A stretch of DNA of 64,000 nucleotides from a virus: positions 114,049 to 178,048 of the IMG/VR virus record IMGVR_UViG_3300048672_000512; one strand, written 5' to 3'. Each line of letters opens with the position of its first letter. Within the stretch, counting starts at the first letter, position 1. The translations under genes and the position numbers were made by a program. Shown piece after piece: positions 1 through 10,090 of the stretch. The notes below the pieces were generated by a model. The model worked only from the letters and a program-made list of their open reading frames with translations. It searched no databases and was not told the origin of the DNA.

Positions 1-416
1 AGCTTCAGCAATGGAAGCTTTTCGTTTAGAAAAGCCCAGAAGGATGCTGTCATCTTGAACTCGGTTGCGTCCTTCAGAAGGCTTACTTCCGGAACAACAG
101 CAGCTGTAGTTGCACGCAGTTCCACGTTAGACCTTCCTGAGGAAATGACAAGCATGTCATTCTTCAGAGCGTAGGCTACATTTGTTTTCTTGCCAAGAGC
201 AAGTTGCAGAGTATCGTAGGGAACCTGTATGGATTCAGAGCCGGTTAGAAAGGTGACAGGAAAGATGAACTTTGCAGATCCATACAGCGACGACATCGTC
301 ACCATAGTTCCCGACTTGTGACTAGTGAAGATCGCACTTGGAAATGCACCGATTACCTTCTCTACCACCTTGAGGTAGACGTTAAGAGACGGGGCAGAAT
401 CTTTTTTGGTAGCCAT
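1..416 (-). CDS. Putative sliding clamp (DnaN/beta-clamp-like), N-terminal part, runs off the window edge
   Basis: Not in ORF track. Manual translation from ATG 416 (AAGGA RBS): MATKKDSAPSLNVYLKVVEKV...DMLVISSGRSNVELRATTAAVVPEV; the LVISSGRS..L..P pattern resembles beta-clamp domain 1. Confidence 0.4.
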   Translation of the reverse strand, partial: MATKKDSAPSLNVYLKVVEKVIGAFPSAIFTSHKSGTMVTMSSLYGSAKFIFPVTFLTGSESIQVPYDTLQLALGKKTNVAYALKNDMLVISSGRSNVELRATTAAVVPEVSLLKDATEFKMTASFWAFLNEKLPLLK

Positions 417-474
417 TTTTGGTCCTTGCTGGTAAGAAGTGGGTTTACCTATGAACTTCACAGTTTCCACGCGT

Positions 475-513
475 AAAACGAAAACGGCGAACTCCGTTGA
501 AGAAGCTCGCCGT
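475..513 (-). terminator. Rho-independent terminator after topoisomerase IB
   Basis: ACGGCGAGCT...AGTTCGCCGT stem followed by TTTTCGTTTT on - strand. Confidence 0.7.
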
Positions 514-529
514 GTGGTGTTGCTTTGAA

Positions 530-2704
530 TTAAAAGATGGAGTCCAGACCTTCCGTCAGAGCATCCTCCAACAAATGAACATCCAGTTGCGGACCTAGCT
601 CATCCAGGTCTTCATCCGGTATGTATTCATTCTTTGGTTTTTTGCTTTCCTTCTTGACTTCATTCTTGCGCAGATGTGGATTCACTTCTGAAGGAGCATT
701 GTCAGGTTCTTCCTCTGCACTTTCAGACGGATCCTCAGGAGTGGCACCGTCGGGAGTTTCAGGTTGCCTCTTTCCTGCAGGCTTGCGCGGTGCAGTTTCG
801 CTATCCTGTTCCTGACTGTCATCAGTAGGTTCGGCGTCAGCTTCTTCACTGTTGTCATCGGGTTCTTCTGAGCGAACGCGGTCCTTGTTCTTGTCAGAGG
901 AACCTTCAGGTGCTTCATGAGAACGCTCAGTTTCTGTCTGCTTGTCAGGTGGCGTTTCGTGTTCGTCGTCAACAGGATCACCAGTAGGCGCCTCGGCTTC
1001 TGCAAGGACTCTAGAGGACTCGACTCGGTGCTGATTCAGAAGTTTTGCCAGATAGGTTGGCAGCGGCTGTGCGTAGTGTTCAAACACCTTTGCCTGAGCT
1101 TCAGGTGAAATGTAGTTGCTAAGCGCGGTAGCTGGAGTTACTTCCTGACCACCATTGACACGACGCACGTGACCGAGAGTCTTTCCAACTTTCATTGCTG
1201 CAACCTTCACAGCATCAAGCACTTCCGCTGATGTCTTGAAGGTCTTCCTCTTCTCATACAGCTTTTCAACTTCAGCATTGAAAATCTCTGTACCCTTCAG
1301 CGTTCTAACCGAATGGATGGTAAGCGATCCAGCACCGCACTCTCGCCACACTCGATTCACTTCAGACGGAGTAACGTACTTGCGCATTCCGTTTTTCAAC
1401 TGATAAGTGAAAAGATGATCAGCAGGTGCTTTTCCTTCCACCAGAGTACGCAGGCAGCTCATGATGTGCTTTCCTAGCGCGTCTTGTGCTACATATTCGT
1501 GCTTCTGACGAACAGCATCCTTGCCAAGGTAAGATAGAAGGAAGCCGTTTGGTCGCAGCGTCAAGTGTTTTACAAGCAGAGTAGCTAACCCAAAAGTGGG
1601 TTTGCCATCAGCTTCGTTACCCTTTCCACCAATGCGGCAAGAGAACTCATAGACAAGCTCAAGCATCAGCGCTGCTACAGTGTCCTTGTTGCTTTCGTCG
1701 AACCGTTTCAGTAGAGCTAACCAGCGCTGTCTGACTGCTGCAATTCTAGGTGCAAGATCCTGCACCTTTTCAAACTTCTCCTTCTTGTTTTCTGTCTTCT
1801 TCTTGTGCAGATAGAAGTAGCCACCAGCAGTTCCATCCGCCCGGATAGATTGAAAGATCCAGTCACCTCTGTCTGAGTCATTCATGCGAACGGTAGGAAA
1901 CATAGCAGCGCTAGGCACGCCGTCAATCTCGTCACCGTTTGCGTCATACCAGTTAGCAGAGCCGTCAACAAGACCGGTAAAACCTTCTGGCATTGTGTGC
2001 TCGTATCCGGCCTCGTGCAGCTTCTCTACAGCCTCTTCATACGGCATTAGTTTCTGACCGTAGTCGTGAACTATGCTTTGCAGCTTTGCTTTCCAGGAGG
2101 CTGTAAACTCTCGGCGCAGCGCCAGGTACTTTGAATACTCTTCAGGGTTTGCTTTCTTCAGACGTGCAGCCTGCGCTACAGACAGGTTGGATGTCTGCTT
2201 TTTGGTATTCAGATTGCGCGACGCTAGAGCGCTGATGTCCTTGAGGATTTCATCCTGGCTTCTTGTGTCGTTTGCCGTAACAAAAGGCGTTGCTACCCAG
2301 ATAGGAAAAACCTTTGCGGTGCTGTACCTAGAAAGCGTATTCCATGCGGCCTTTGAGTCAGCACGCAAGTACAGACCAAAGGCCGCAAACAGCTGCTCAA
2401 TAGCAGGGTTTCGTTTAGGCCAGGCTTTGTAGGCCTTTACAAAAGCCTTCATTCCGTTGCCCACTGCCGGAGCATCAGACTTCTTGTTTTTTAGAGCTAG
2501 TGCAACTGCGGTTTTCAGGCCTTCAACCTCCTCAAACATAGGTTTGAGCTTGTCAGAAAGCAGTGCGTCCTTTGCTTCAACGTTAAGTTTTACGCCACGA
2601 TTCACGCTTACAACAGCATACAGCGCAAGTGCTAGTGCCTTGAAGTTTGAAGCATTGAGTTCAGCTACTGAAGCAGCTACTCTTCGCTTTGGATAGTCAT
2701 TCAC
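530..2704 (-). CDS. Type IB DNA topoisomerase with N-terminal extension and about 160 aa acidic C-terminal tail
   Basis: Catalytic pentad in TopIB order: CRIG (R), YLGKD (K), HSVRT (R), LGH (H), SNYISP (Y); FGLATL..KH motif. Confidence 0.85.
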   Translation of the reverse strand: MNDYPKRRVAASVAELNASNFKALALALYAVVSVNRGVKLNVEAKDALLSDKLKPMFEEVEGLKTAVALALKNKKSDAPAVGNGMKAFVKAYKAWPKRNPAIEQLFAAFGLYLRADSKAAWNTLSRYSTAKVFPIWVATPFVTANDTRSQDEILKDISALASRNLNTKKQTSNLSVAQAARLKKANPEEYSKYLALRREFTASWKAKLQSIVHDYGQKLMPYEEAVEKLHEAGYEHTMPEGFTGLVDGSANWYDANGDEIDGVPSAAMFPTVRMNDSDRGDWIFQSIRADGTAGGYFYLHKKKTENKKEKFEKVQDLAPRIAAVRQRWLALLKRFDESNKDTVAALMLELVYEFSCRIGGKGNEADGKPTFGLATLLVKHLTLRPNGFLLSYLGKDAVRQKHEYVAQDALGKHIMSCLRTLVEGKAPADHLFTYQLKNGMRKYVTPSEVNRVWRECGAGSLTIHSVRTLKGTEIFNAEVEKLYEKRKTFKTSAEVLDAVKVAAMKVGKTLGHVRRVNGGQEVTPATALSNYISPEAQAKVFEHYAQPLPTYLAKLLNQHRVESSRVLAEAEAPTGDPVDDEHETPPDKQTETERSHEAPEGSSDKNKDRVRSEEPDDNSEEADAEPTDDSQEQDSETAPRKPAGKRQPETPDGATPEDPSESAEEEPDNAPSEVNPHLRKNEVKKESKKPKNEYIPDEDLDELGPQLDVHLLEDALTEGLDSIF

Positions 2705-3077
2705 TTGTATTTCCTTTTCTGTTGAGAGCCTTGAGGCGCAGACGTTCCAATTCAGCCAGCACGTTTACTTCGCCTGTAAATTCTTTGGTTCCAGAAGCAC
2801 CAGAGGGTTTTCGTATCTCAAGGCGCAAACAGGGAAGGTCTAAGGTATAACGAAGAGTAATAGTTCTAGCCGCACTTGGTGAGGACGCACGCATCGATGA
2901 ATCGTGTGCGGTGAACTGGAAACCTAGAGTTTCAGCCGTGTCCAGAAAAGCCTCTCGCAGCTGTGTAGTTGCGTTTGAGTACAGAGGATTCTCTCGATGC
3001 CGCAGGTTGTTTTTCAAGTCCTCTACAACGCATTTAATTTGATAGCGGCAAGTCTTGTAATTGGACTTTTGATGCAT
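2697..3077 (-). CDS. Hypothetical protein
   Basis: 126 aa, tightly packed with neighbours. Confidence 0.6.
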   Translation of the reverse strand: MHQKSNYKTCRYQIKCVVEDLKNNLRHRENPLYSNATTQLREAFLDTAETLGFQFTAHDSSMRASSPSAARTITLRYTLDLPCLRLEIRKPSGASGTKEFTGEVNVLAELERLRLKALNRKGNTSE

Positions 3078-3079
3078 GC

Positions 3080-3667
3080 TCAGTCAAACCCAACTAATTC
3101 AAATTGAAGACGGTTTACCAAGGACGGCCCAAAACGCCTTAGAAACTTGGTGGTCGATCCTATGGTGTACTCCACATCGTATCTATCTCGCTGCTGTCTG
3201 TAATACAGAACGCCAGCCTTTGTGTAGGCAAAGATGACATCGGAGTTCGTTGTGTAGACGTCACGAGAATCGTCTACACAAATGCGACAACTTGTCACGT
3301 CTGGAAAGCTGCGAGTTGCATACGTGAATGTGAGCGTGTCGTAGTAGTAGAGCTGCGCGTCACCACTCGTAAGTTTCCATGCTATAGCTAGGCCCATGTT
3401 GTTATCAAAGGCTAACGACACGGACTGCACGTTAGCTACTGCAAGCGTGAATGCAGTAGCTCCACCAACAGGATTCACAATTATGTTTCCTCCTGTATAT
3501 GTCACTTCCCAATTCTGATACTCTCTGCCAAGAGATGGGTCACTTACAGCAACACCTCCAGGCGCAACGTGATGCAAAGGCGTGTACGCATTGTCATAAG
3601 GAGGTTTGAAGTCAGCCACCTCTGGGGCGACAGTGAACGTATTAGCCGGTATCATCCGCGTGCCCAA
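3080..3667 (-). CDS. Putative tail/baseplate-associated structural protein
   Basis: Beta-rich, T/V/Y-rich, at the distal end of the baseplate operon. Confidence 0.5.
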   Translation of the reverse strand: MGTRMIPANTFTVAPEVADFKPPYDNAYTPLHHVAPGGVAVSDPSLGREYQNWEVTYTGGNIIVNPVGGATAFTLAVANVQSVSLAFDNNMGLAIAWKLTSGDAQLYYYDTLTFTYATRSFPDVTSCRICVDDSRDVYTTNSDVIFAYTKAGVLYYRQQRDRYDVEYTIGSTTKFLRRFGPSLVNRLQFELVGFD

Positions 3668-4566
3668 CTTAGCCGAATGTTGAGCGTAAGAACCTTGGTA
3701 TTATCTTTCGGAATTGGCGTTGGGAACAGGCATTGGAAATTAGTATCTCCAAACTGACCAAAACCAAAACGAAGCGCGCCGATGCCGCCTGCAGTGTTTC
3801 CTTGCGTAGTACTAAACGATAGCGTGTAGTCTCGATAGTAATTACCATTTGTGTAAGCAGTAGCCGACGGAGTACCGGGGACAGTAGATCCTGCAGGCTG
3901 GGACGTTATTGCTCCTAGAGAAGTTGTGGTAGCTGGATACGCAACAAGGTCATAAGTGTTTGAAATAGCAGTGGTATTGAAGATACCAGTTCTAGCTAAA
4001 AAACTACCAACGACACAAGCGCGCATGGTATAGCTGTAACTGGTGCCGCCAAGCGTTACAGAACCAGTACCGTCCGTGATAGGTGGTGCGATGCGAAGAC
4101 GGTAAAAAACAGTAAGCTGATCTATCGATGTCAGTGTAATAGTTGTCGGAGATCCACCTCCATCAACAATCAGAGCACGACTGAACAGTCCACCGGAAGC
4201 CGACTGCCAACCAACACCAACTTCAGAGATATTACCAACGACAGCTCCTTGTGCAAAAGCGAGCGAGAACGTGTGAGTGGTCCTATAGTTTGGTGAGCCT
4301 TCATTTGTATAAGAGCTAGCTCCACTTATGGACGAGGATGTAGAGGCTAGATAGCTGGAAAGAGACGTCTGCGTGTTAGCTGGCGCGGTGGTTCCGGTTC
4401 CAACCTGTGCGTAGTTGATAACCCCAGTAGCTGCGTTACCTATTTTGTCAAGACCTGCGTCCAGAATGAGGTTGTCAAACCAGCCGGTTTCTGACACTTG
4501 TTGCCCATTGCGAGAAACAACCAAGTTGTACTGACCAGAGATAGATAGGTGTGTAGTCAAGCTCAT
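3652..4566 (-). CDS. Putative tail fibre-proximal structural protein
   Basis: NLILDAGLD..G, VGTGTT.P, GNISEVGVG, LTVFYRL motifs typical of phage tail-associated proteins; G/S/T-rich. Confidence 0.6.
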   Translation of the reverse strand: MSLTTHLSISGQYNLVVSRNGQQVSETGWFDNLILDAGLDKIGNAATGVINYAQVGTGTTAPANTQTSLSSYLASTSSSISGASSYTNEGSPNYRTTHTFSLAFAQGAVVGNISEVGVGWQSASGGLFSRALIVDGGGSPTTITLTSIDQLTVFYRLRIAPPITDGTGSVTLGGTSYSYTMRACVVGSFLARTGIFNTTAISNTYDLVAYPATTTSLGAITSQPAGSTVPGTPSATAYTNGNYYRDYTLSFSTTQGNTAGGIGALRFGFGQFGDTNFQCLFPTPIPKDNTKVLTLNIRLSWARG

Positions 4567-5909
4567 ACTAAAGTTCCAGATTGAATTGTGGGAAGGTTAA
4601 CGTGGAAGTCTTCTACCAGTCCGTTGTTGTAATTAACGTAGTTGATGGTAACGTCAAGAGCCCCACTTTGAATTGTGGGAAGGTTAACGTGGAAGTCTTC
4701 TACCAGTCCGTTGTTGTAATTAACGTAGTTGATGGTAACGTCAAGAGCCCCACTTTGAATTGTGGGAAGGTTAACGTGGAAGTCCTCAATAGGTACAGTG
4801 TAGGTTGGCGTTGCTGACGCAACCGTAAGCGTACCGCTGACAATTACTGGCAATGCGATAGTAGCGTCATCTAACGGCAGCCCCCACAGTTGACCCGTCA
4901 GTGCACCGATAGACATTGAGAAGTCATCAATGTACGTGTATGGGTAAATTACCGTGGTGAAATACTGAGAAGTCGGAGCTGGTATCGCTGGGCTTGTTAT
5001 CGTTGGAGAAGCTACGCTTGTATCCGCGTCCACTTCAGTGGCTAAGTAATAGACGTCATGCGTTCCTGAAGAGAGACTGCAGTACGTCAGGGACCATTCG
5101 CCAGTTCCATCAGTCAGTATCGTATCTATCAGCACGTTGTCAACGTAGACACGAATCGTGGTAAACGGCGGTGCTACCTGAGATATGCTCAAACAGGCCT
5201 GAATTTCTGGAGCTACACCAGTGTAGACAACAGAAGCATTTGGAGCACCGTACACCCAAGCTGCAGTTGTGTCTGTTGGCCGAGTACGTAGACTTGTATC
5301 CACATAAACAGAATTCAGAACAACCACATAAGGCGACACTGCTAGAAACAAAGACGTTAGGGCTGTTACTTCATCAGGAGTAAGATCTGAGGGGTAAGCT
5401 ATAGATACATGGGATGTTGGATACCAAGTACCTCCAGAAGAAAAAACCGGCGTGCCAACTTCAGGAGCCTTGTAGCTGTAGAAGTTTGCGTAGTCCTCAG
5501 TCCACAGCGTGTGCACTTCCACATCTGTGTTCAAGACGTAACTCAGGAATCCTTGAATCTTGAAACTTCCCTTTGAATACCAGTAAACTGGCAGGACTTG
5601 GGTCAGCCGCTGAAGCTGCGCGTCCGTGAAGACGGAAGCATTCTCAAGAAGCAAGCCGCTCATTCGCAGCATTTTCAGGTTTGTCTCTCGGTCAAACCAG
5701 TCAACTTCTGAGCTTCGTATCAAGCTTGCATTTTGAACTTTAGCCTCTGCGGCGTCAGTCAATCTGAAGTTGTTACGCAACGCTGCTAGATCGCGTGTTG
5801 GCTTATCTACTGACGCTTGAAAGACAGTGTCTATAACGTCAATAAATTCTAACCAAGCAGGTGACTGCAGATAGTCGGGGAGTATTAGTGAGCGCCCCAT
5901 AAGCGTCAA
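4563..5909 (-). CDS. Baseplate wedge subunit (gpI/gp7-like) with Ig-like region and C-terminal tandem repeats
   Basis: Follows baseplate J gene; YWYSKGS..FLSY motif; C-terminal 29-aa repeats. Confidence 0.6.
   Translation of the reverse strand: MTLMGRSLILPDYLQSPAWLEFIDVIDTVFQASVDKPTRDLAALRNNFRLTDAAEAKVQNASLIRSSEVDWFDRETNLKMLRMSGLLLENASVFTDAQLQRLTQVLPVYWYSKGSFKIQGFLSYVLNTDVEVHTLWTEDYANFYSYKAPEVGTPVFSSGGTWYPTSHVSIAYPSDLTPDEVTALTSLFLAVSPYVVVLNSVYVDTSLRTRPTDTTAAWVYGAPNASVVYTGVAPEIQACLSISQVAPPFTTIRVYVDNVLIDTILTDGTGEWSLTYCSLSSGTHDVYYLATEVDADTSVASPTITSPAIPAPTSQYFTTVIYPYTYIDDFSMSIGALTGQLWGLPLDDATIALPVIVSGTLTVASATPTYTVPIEDFHVNLPTIQSGALDVTINYVNYNNGLVEDFHVNLPTIQSGALDVTINYVNYNNGLVEDFHVNLPTIQSGTLV
4581..4784. 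repeat. Perfect 87-bp tandem repeat, about 2.3 copies, in-frame (29 aa)
   Basis: TTGAATTGTGGGAAGG... starts at 4581, 4668 and 4755; encodes NYVNYNNGLVEDFHVNLPTIQSGALDVTI. Confidence 0.95.
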
Positions 5910-7621
5910 GCCCTGCGTCCAGAACGCGAAGAGTAGTTTACAGCAATGCTTGTTGTTCCTTGAGCTATGTAGGAGACAGTAGTCTGATCCTGAGGCGGAA
6001 TCGGAATGGTCGTTATGGTGGTGCCATCGTCGGTAAACGAAAGCGTGCTGCTATCCAAAACTGCTATGACGTATAGCCCGTCGTTCTCGCTGCGACCGTA
6101 GACAAAGTAATTTGTCGCTCCAGCAACGGGCGTCCAGGATAGTTGAACGCTTGAACCTCCGGTTGCTACCGTCACTTCTGCAAACGAGTGTGCTGTGACA
6201 ATGCCAGCTGTAATAGCAACGCCGATTCCGTAAACGTAGTTACCGGATGCAAGTGAGCCCGATGACAGTACAGTTGCAGTCGGAGCTGCTACAGCCTGAA
6301 TAGAAGTTATGACATTGGTGCTAGGGCTTACTATCTCGAAGTATTCAACGCCAGAATCAGCAGACCGAATAGCGTAAGCAATGTCACTTGTGTACAGGTC
6401 ATAGCCGATCAACCCGCGTCGTGCCACAAACAGGGCAGCAATGTTGTTCTGCACTTTCTGCTGTATGGATGTGAGGTTTGCCCAGGAATAGCAATACACT
6501 TTCAGGTCAATGTTGACGGACACAGGTGCTGCGTCCTCAAGAAAGAAACGAGAAACATAGACCGCACGATCCTGCAGATAGTCAAGAAACGCTTGCTTCT
6601 TGGTTGCGTTCCAAGGCACTGACGTTAGTAGCACAACGCGTATCAGGTTCATCCATGCCAGTGAATGCGGATTGACTTCGCGCTGCGAGTAGAAAGCGGC
6701 GTCTACAACCTCAGGATAAGAAAGAGCTACATCAAGATGCTGTTGCTTCGTTACAGCAGAACTGAACGATCCAAAAGTCGGAGCACTTACGTTCTTGAAA
6801 ACATAGGCCGGCGTTTCGTCTGTTCCACCCGTACATGCACTGGTGAAGGTAGCAGTCGTGTCAGGAAACGAAGTGCATGTAATGATCTTTCCTGCTGTAG
6901 AGACTTCATTACCTGCAGAGCCCAGTGTTACCGTGTACAGAATAGACAGTGAGTCCACAGTGCTAGGGCGCGTGCCAAGAATCGAAGTACCAAATTCTAT
7001 AGCAAGTCTGCCGTCTGGAAGCGTGCGATCCTTGAATCCAGGCTTACCTCGCAGCGTCCAGATACCATCGGTTACCCTTGGAATCTGATTGCCGTTGAGG
7101 TAGACGATTACGTCAGTGTCACTTACAGCAAACGAGTATTCACGAGAAACGAACCTGGCGTAGTCTTCACCAAGACCTGGAGTAACAACAACCAGAACTT
7201 CACCCTCATGAAGGGTAGCGGTAGTCGTCACGCCAGGCTGCAGAAACAGAGACTCACGATTGAAAAACAGATTTCCGTTTGATTCAAATTGCGTGTACGC
7301 AGGGATGACAACTGCAGTCGTCGTAGTGAATGTTGCAACGGCCGAAGCTGGAAGCTTTCGTGGCAAGCGTATGCCTTGATAGTCTGCTAGCGCGTATGCT
7401 GCGTTATCTGAGATAACCGTGTCAGGAAAGCAATCCTGAACCGAACGGAGAATTGCAACGCGGTCTGCAGTTCCAATAGCTGCAAAGATTTCAGCAAAGG
7501 CCTGAGCTGTCGGTGAAGAGAGGCTGCCTTCCCACAAACCACGCGAAGCAAGCTCTGTCTGAATTTGCTCAAGTATCTGATCATGGTCAGGAGCAAGGGA
7601 CGATAGTTCAAGTGTTGCCAT
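5906..7621 (-). CDS. Baseplate wedge protein (P2 gpJ / T4 gp6-like)
   Basis: GRLAIEFG, GGTDET, AVTKQQH..V motifs; C-terminal FN3-like domain. Confidence 0.8.
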   Translation of the reverse strand: MATLELSSLAPDHDQILEQIQTELASRGLWEGSLSSPTAQAFAEIFAAIGTADRVAILRSVQDCFPDTVISDNAAYALADYQGIRLPRKLPASAVATFTTTTAVVIPAYTQFESNGNLFFNRESLFLQPGVTTTATLHEGEVLVVVTPGLGEDYARFVSREYSFAVSDTDVIVYLNGNQIPRVTDGIWTLRGKPGFKDRTLPDGRLAIEFGTSILGTRPSTVDSLSILYTVTLGSAGNEVSTAGKIITCTSFPDTTATFTSACTGGTDETPAYVFKNVSAPTFGSFSSAVTKQQHLDVALSYPEVVDAAFYSQREVNPHSLAWMNLIRVVLLTSVPWNATKKQAFLDYLQDRAVYVSRFFLEDAAPVSVNIDLKVYCYSWANLTSIQQKVQNNIAALFVARRGLIGYDLYTSDIAYAIRSADSGVEYFEIVSPSTNVITSIQAVAAPTATVLSSGSLASGNYVYGIGVAITAGIVTAHSFAEVTVATGGSSVQLSWTPVAGATNYFVYGRSENDGLYVIAVLDSSTLSFTDDGTTITTIPIPPQDQTTVSYIAQGTTSIAVNYSSRSGRRA

Positions 7622-7630
7622 TGTTTACTC

Positions 7631-8740
7631 TCATGATTTATTGAAACCTATTGTAGGACTGAACAGTTCCAACTTTTCATAATAGTTCATGTCGTGGATA
7701 TACACCACGCGTGAAGCTACCCGATAGTTGCCAGAGAAGGCTTCTTGCTTCTTGTTCTTGGAGTCTACAACGACTTCCAGCGTGTCTAGCAGCTTTAGGT
7801 TTGTGTGCATAGGAGTGACAAGCTCCATACGCATGTTGAACAATCCTGTCAGCCTGCGATTCTGATACAGGGCTTTCTCATAAAAGCTGTGTACGTTGCC
7901 AGAGTCCACTGCTGTGAAGTAGACGCGCCCACGAGCTACGCTGCTTACCACAGAATCGTTTACAAGAAGCTTTGTGCTCGCTGGCACAAAAACAGAAACG
8001 TCAGACAACGTCTGTTGCCCTTGAGTGAAGACACTCTGAGCTACTGCGCTTTCCTTATATCCAGAAAAATGGTTCGCGGATCCTGCAGTTGAAGCAGGAA
8101 GAAAATCGCTAGCTAGGTAGTATCCGGGTTTCGGATCACCCACAGAGAAACGCGCAATAGGCTCTGACTTCTCCATGACGTTTGAATACACAAGCGTAGC
8201 TGACAGGTCAAGGCCTAGCTGCATGCAACTATTCGTTGACTTGTACCCACGCTCTGCTAACATACGCGCCCACTCGTGGTTCTGATGATTTCCAGAATAC
8301 CAGACTTGACTATCAGAGGTTGGCGTACCTGAATACTTCAAGCTGCAGGTAGAGGCTAGGTTTTGAAGCGCGTCGTTTGAAGTGCCATGAAACGGCTGCT
8401 TTGTGGTTGCACTCCAGTAAGCAGGTACATCCATGTACGCATCTAGTTCGTACCGGTTACCACCTGGCGAAGACAGTCGATTGAATGAATTTAGACGGAA
8501 CCTATAGGTGTCCGAGGCTTCAGAGGTTCCTACCGTAAGAGCAATCTTGGTTGCGTCTCCAAGAGTCCCCGAGTTTGGAAAGAAGTCCATGTTGTCATAC
8601 AGCACCATGTGCAGCATGGGAACGCCAAGTTTGGTGCTGCATGACATGTGGATGAAGTCAACTGCATTTGCATACTGGAATGGAAATTCCTTGTCGTCAA
8701 AATACAGCTTCAGACTGAGCTGGTTCTTTAACTCATACAT
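7631..8740 (-). CDS. Putative baseplate hub protein (gp27/gp44-like)
   Basis: Size, position, and C-terminal FSGNYRVASRV motif. Confidence 0.55.
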   Translation of the reverse strand: MYELKNQLSLKLYFDDKEFPFQYANAVDFIHMSCSTKLGVPMLHMVLYDNMDFFPNSGTLGDATKIALTVGTSEASDTYRFRLNSFNRLSSPGGNRYELDAYMDVPAYWSATTKQPFHGTSNDALQNLASTCSLKYSGTPTSDSQVWYSGNHQNHEWARMLAERGYKSTNSCMQLGLDLSATLVYSNVMEKSEPIARFSVGDPKPGYYLASDFLPASTAGSANHFSGYKESAVAQSVFTQGQQTLSDVSVFVPASTKLLVNDSVVSSVARGRVYFTAVDSGNVHSFYEKALYQNRRLTGLFNMRMELVTPMHTNLKLLDTLEVVVDSKNKKQEAFSGNYRVASRVVYIHDMNYYEKLELFSPTIGFNKS

Positions 8741-8743
8741 GAA

Positions 8744-9073
8744 TCAACCCAGAGTTACAACAGTACCATCTTGAGTGGAGAAGTTCAGAGCTGCAAGCAG
8801 GTCGCGCCTATCAGGAATGTTCAGAGTAGTGCCAGGGATAATATCAGCAAACGGGTGCAGTGTGTTGTTGTAGAAAAGAATAACCCACCAGAGCGATTGA
8901 TCGCCCAGGTAGGAATTTGCGATAGCAGGAAGGTTAGCTTCCATTGGTGAGGTAACCACCACTTTTCGCACAGTAGGAATGCGCTGCTTCAGGTTCTTGA
9001 AAGTTGAAGCAAAGATGTCAATAGCCAAACCGTCTTGGGTGACAGCTGCAAAGTTTGAAAGGTTGAATCTCAT
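8744..9073 (-). CDS. Baseplate LysM-like protein (gp53/gpX-like)
   Basis: IANSYLGDQSLWWVILFYN..PF..I.PGTTLNIP motif. Confidence 0.75.
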   Translation of the reverse strand: MRFNLSNFAAVTQDGLAIDIFASTFKNLKQRIPTVRKVVVTSPMEANLPAIANSYLGDQSLWWVILFYNNTLHPFADIIPGTTLNIPDRRDLLAALNFSTQDGTVVTLG

Positions 9074-9076
9074 TTG

Positions 9077-10081
9077 TTATCCTTGCTGCGGACCAGTGTT
9101 ACTAGAAGCCCCGATGATGTCGTTGATGTCCTGAGACGTAGGAACGAACATGGTTGAAAACGATACGCTTACCTGAACCTGCGAAGGTGTACCGTCTTCT
9201 GTTGTAAGCATCTTGAATTCTGGATCCACACTAGTAACGACAACGGAAGGGAACCACTGAAAGCGGCCAATGCTTAAGGATATTTGACCATCCAGAGAGT
9301 CGCGTACCGCGTTTGGAAACTGCTTCAAGTCCGTAGTGCTCTTAGCCGTTGCTGCGTTTCCATCACCCGACTTCTGCACTGACTGTAATGCGCTAGAACC
9401 CCAGTTTGCGATTGCAGAGCCCGCTTGATCCGCATTCACATTTGTAAACGGAACCTTGACATTGCTGCCAACGACATTCTTTGTGGTGACGTCTGTAGCC
9501 CTACCCGCACCTTGCAATGCGTTGCTACCGATTGCACCAGCAGAACCGATTGTCTGCTTTGTTGCTGCAGTCAGGTTCTTAGTCAGCTTGTCCCAATTGA
9601 ATTGAGGACCAGGAGCCTGCATAAGGGAACCGGCACTGCTCTCATAGGGAAGAACCAACGTCATCAGTTGGCGCAATGGAATGATGACGTCTTCCATAGG
9701 AGAAGACTCGATGTTGAATATGAGAGGCAGCTGAAAGCTGATGTGACTGGATCCACCCCATATCTGAGCCGTAAGAGACTTAGCCATCAGATCCATACCG
9801 AAGGCGTTAGCTACAGTTCTTCCAGAGACACCCTTTACATTCAAAAAGCTGTCTTGGAGTCCATACAACCCCTGAGATATAGAAGGTTCGTATTTAGTAG
9901 CTACGCTGAAACTGAATGTCTCAGGCAGGTCTGCCATGAGAGTGAATCCTTCTCGCTTATCGTTACCAAAGTGCGTAACCGAAGAAGCAATGATGCACAC
10001 CTTGTAATTCGGATTACCACTACGAACCGAGTGCGAAACCTTTTCAGGTTTGAACCGATATTCCTTGTTGGTCAGCCCCAT
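9077..10081 (-). CDS. Putative tail tube initiator / baseplate protein (gp48-like)
   Basis: Position; VVVTSVDPEF...GTPSQVQVSVSFST tube-fold-like C-terminus. Confidence 0.5.
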   Translation of the reverse strand: MGLTNKEYRFKPEKVSHSVRSGNPNYKVCIIASSVTHFGNDKREGFTLMADLPETFSFSVATKYEPSISQGLYGLQDSFLNVKGVSGRTVANAFGMDLMAKSLTAQIWGGSSHISFQLPLIFNIESSPMEDVIIPLRQLMTLVLPYESSAGSLMQAPGPQFNWDKLTKNLTAATKQTIGSAGAIGSNALQGAGRATDVTTKNVVGSNVKVPFTNVNADQAGSAIANWGSSALQSVQKSGDGNAATAKSTTDLKQFPNAVRDSLDGQISLSIGRFQWFPSVVVTSVDPEFKMLTTEDGTPSQVQVSVSFSTMFVPTSQDINDIIGASSNTGPQQG

Positions 10082-10090
10082 TGTTTACCT

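Noticed and set aside
530-2704. Protelomerase or integrase identity
   Set aside because: FGLATL..KH, YLGKD and TPAT...YISP match TopIB specifically; no att or telomere site seen.
4581-4784. Possible CRISPR array or DGR template/variable repeat
   Set aside because: Contiguous in-frame units with no spacers, no adenine-specific mismatches, and no cas or reverse transcriptase gene in the window.
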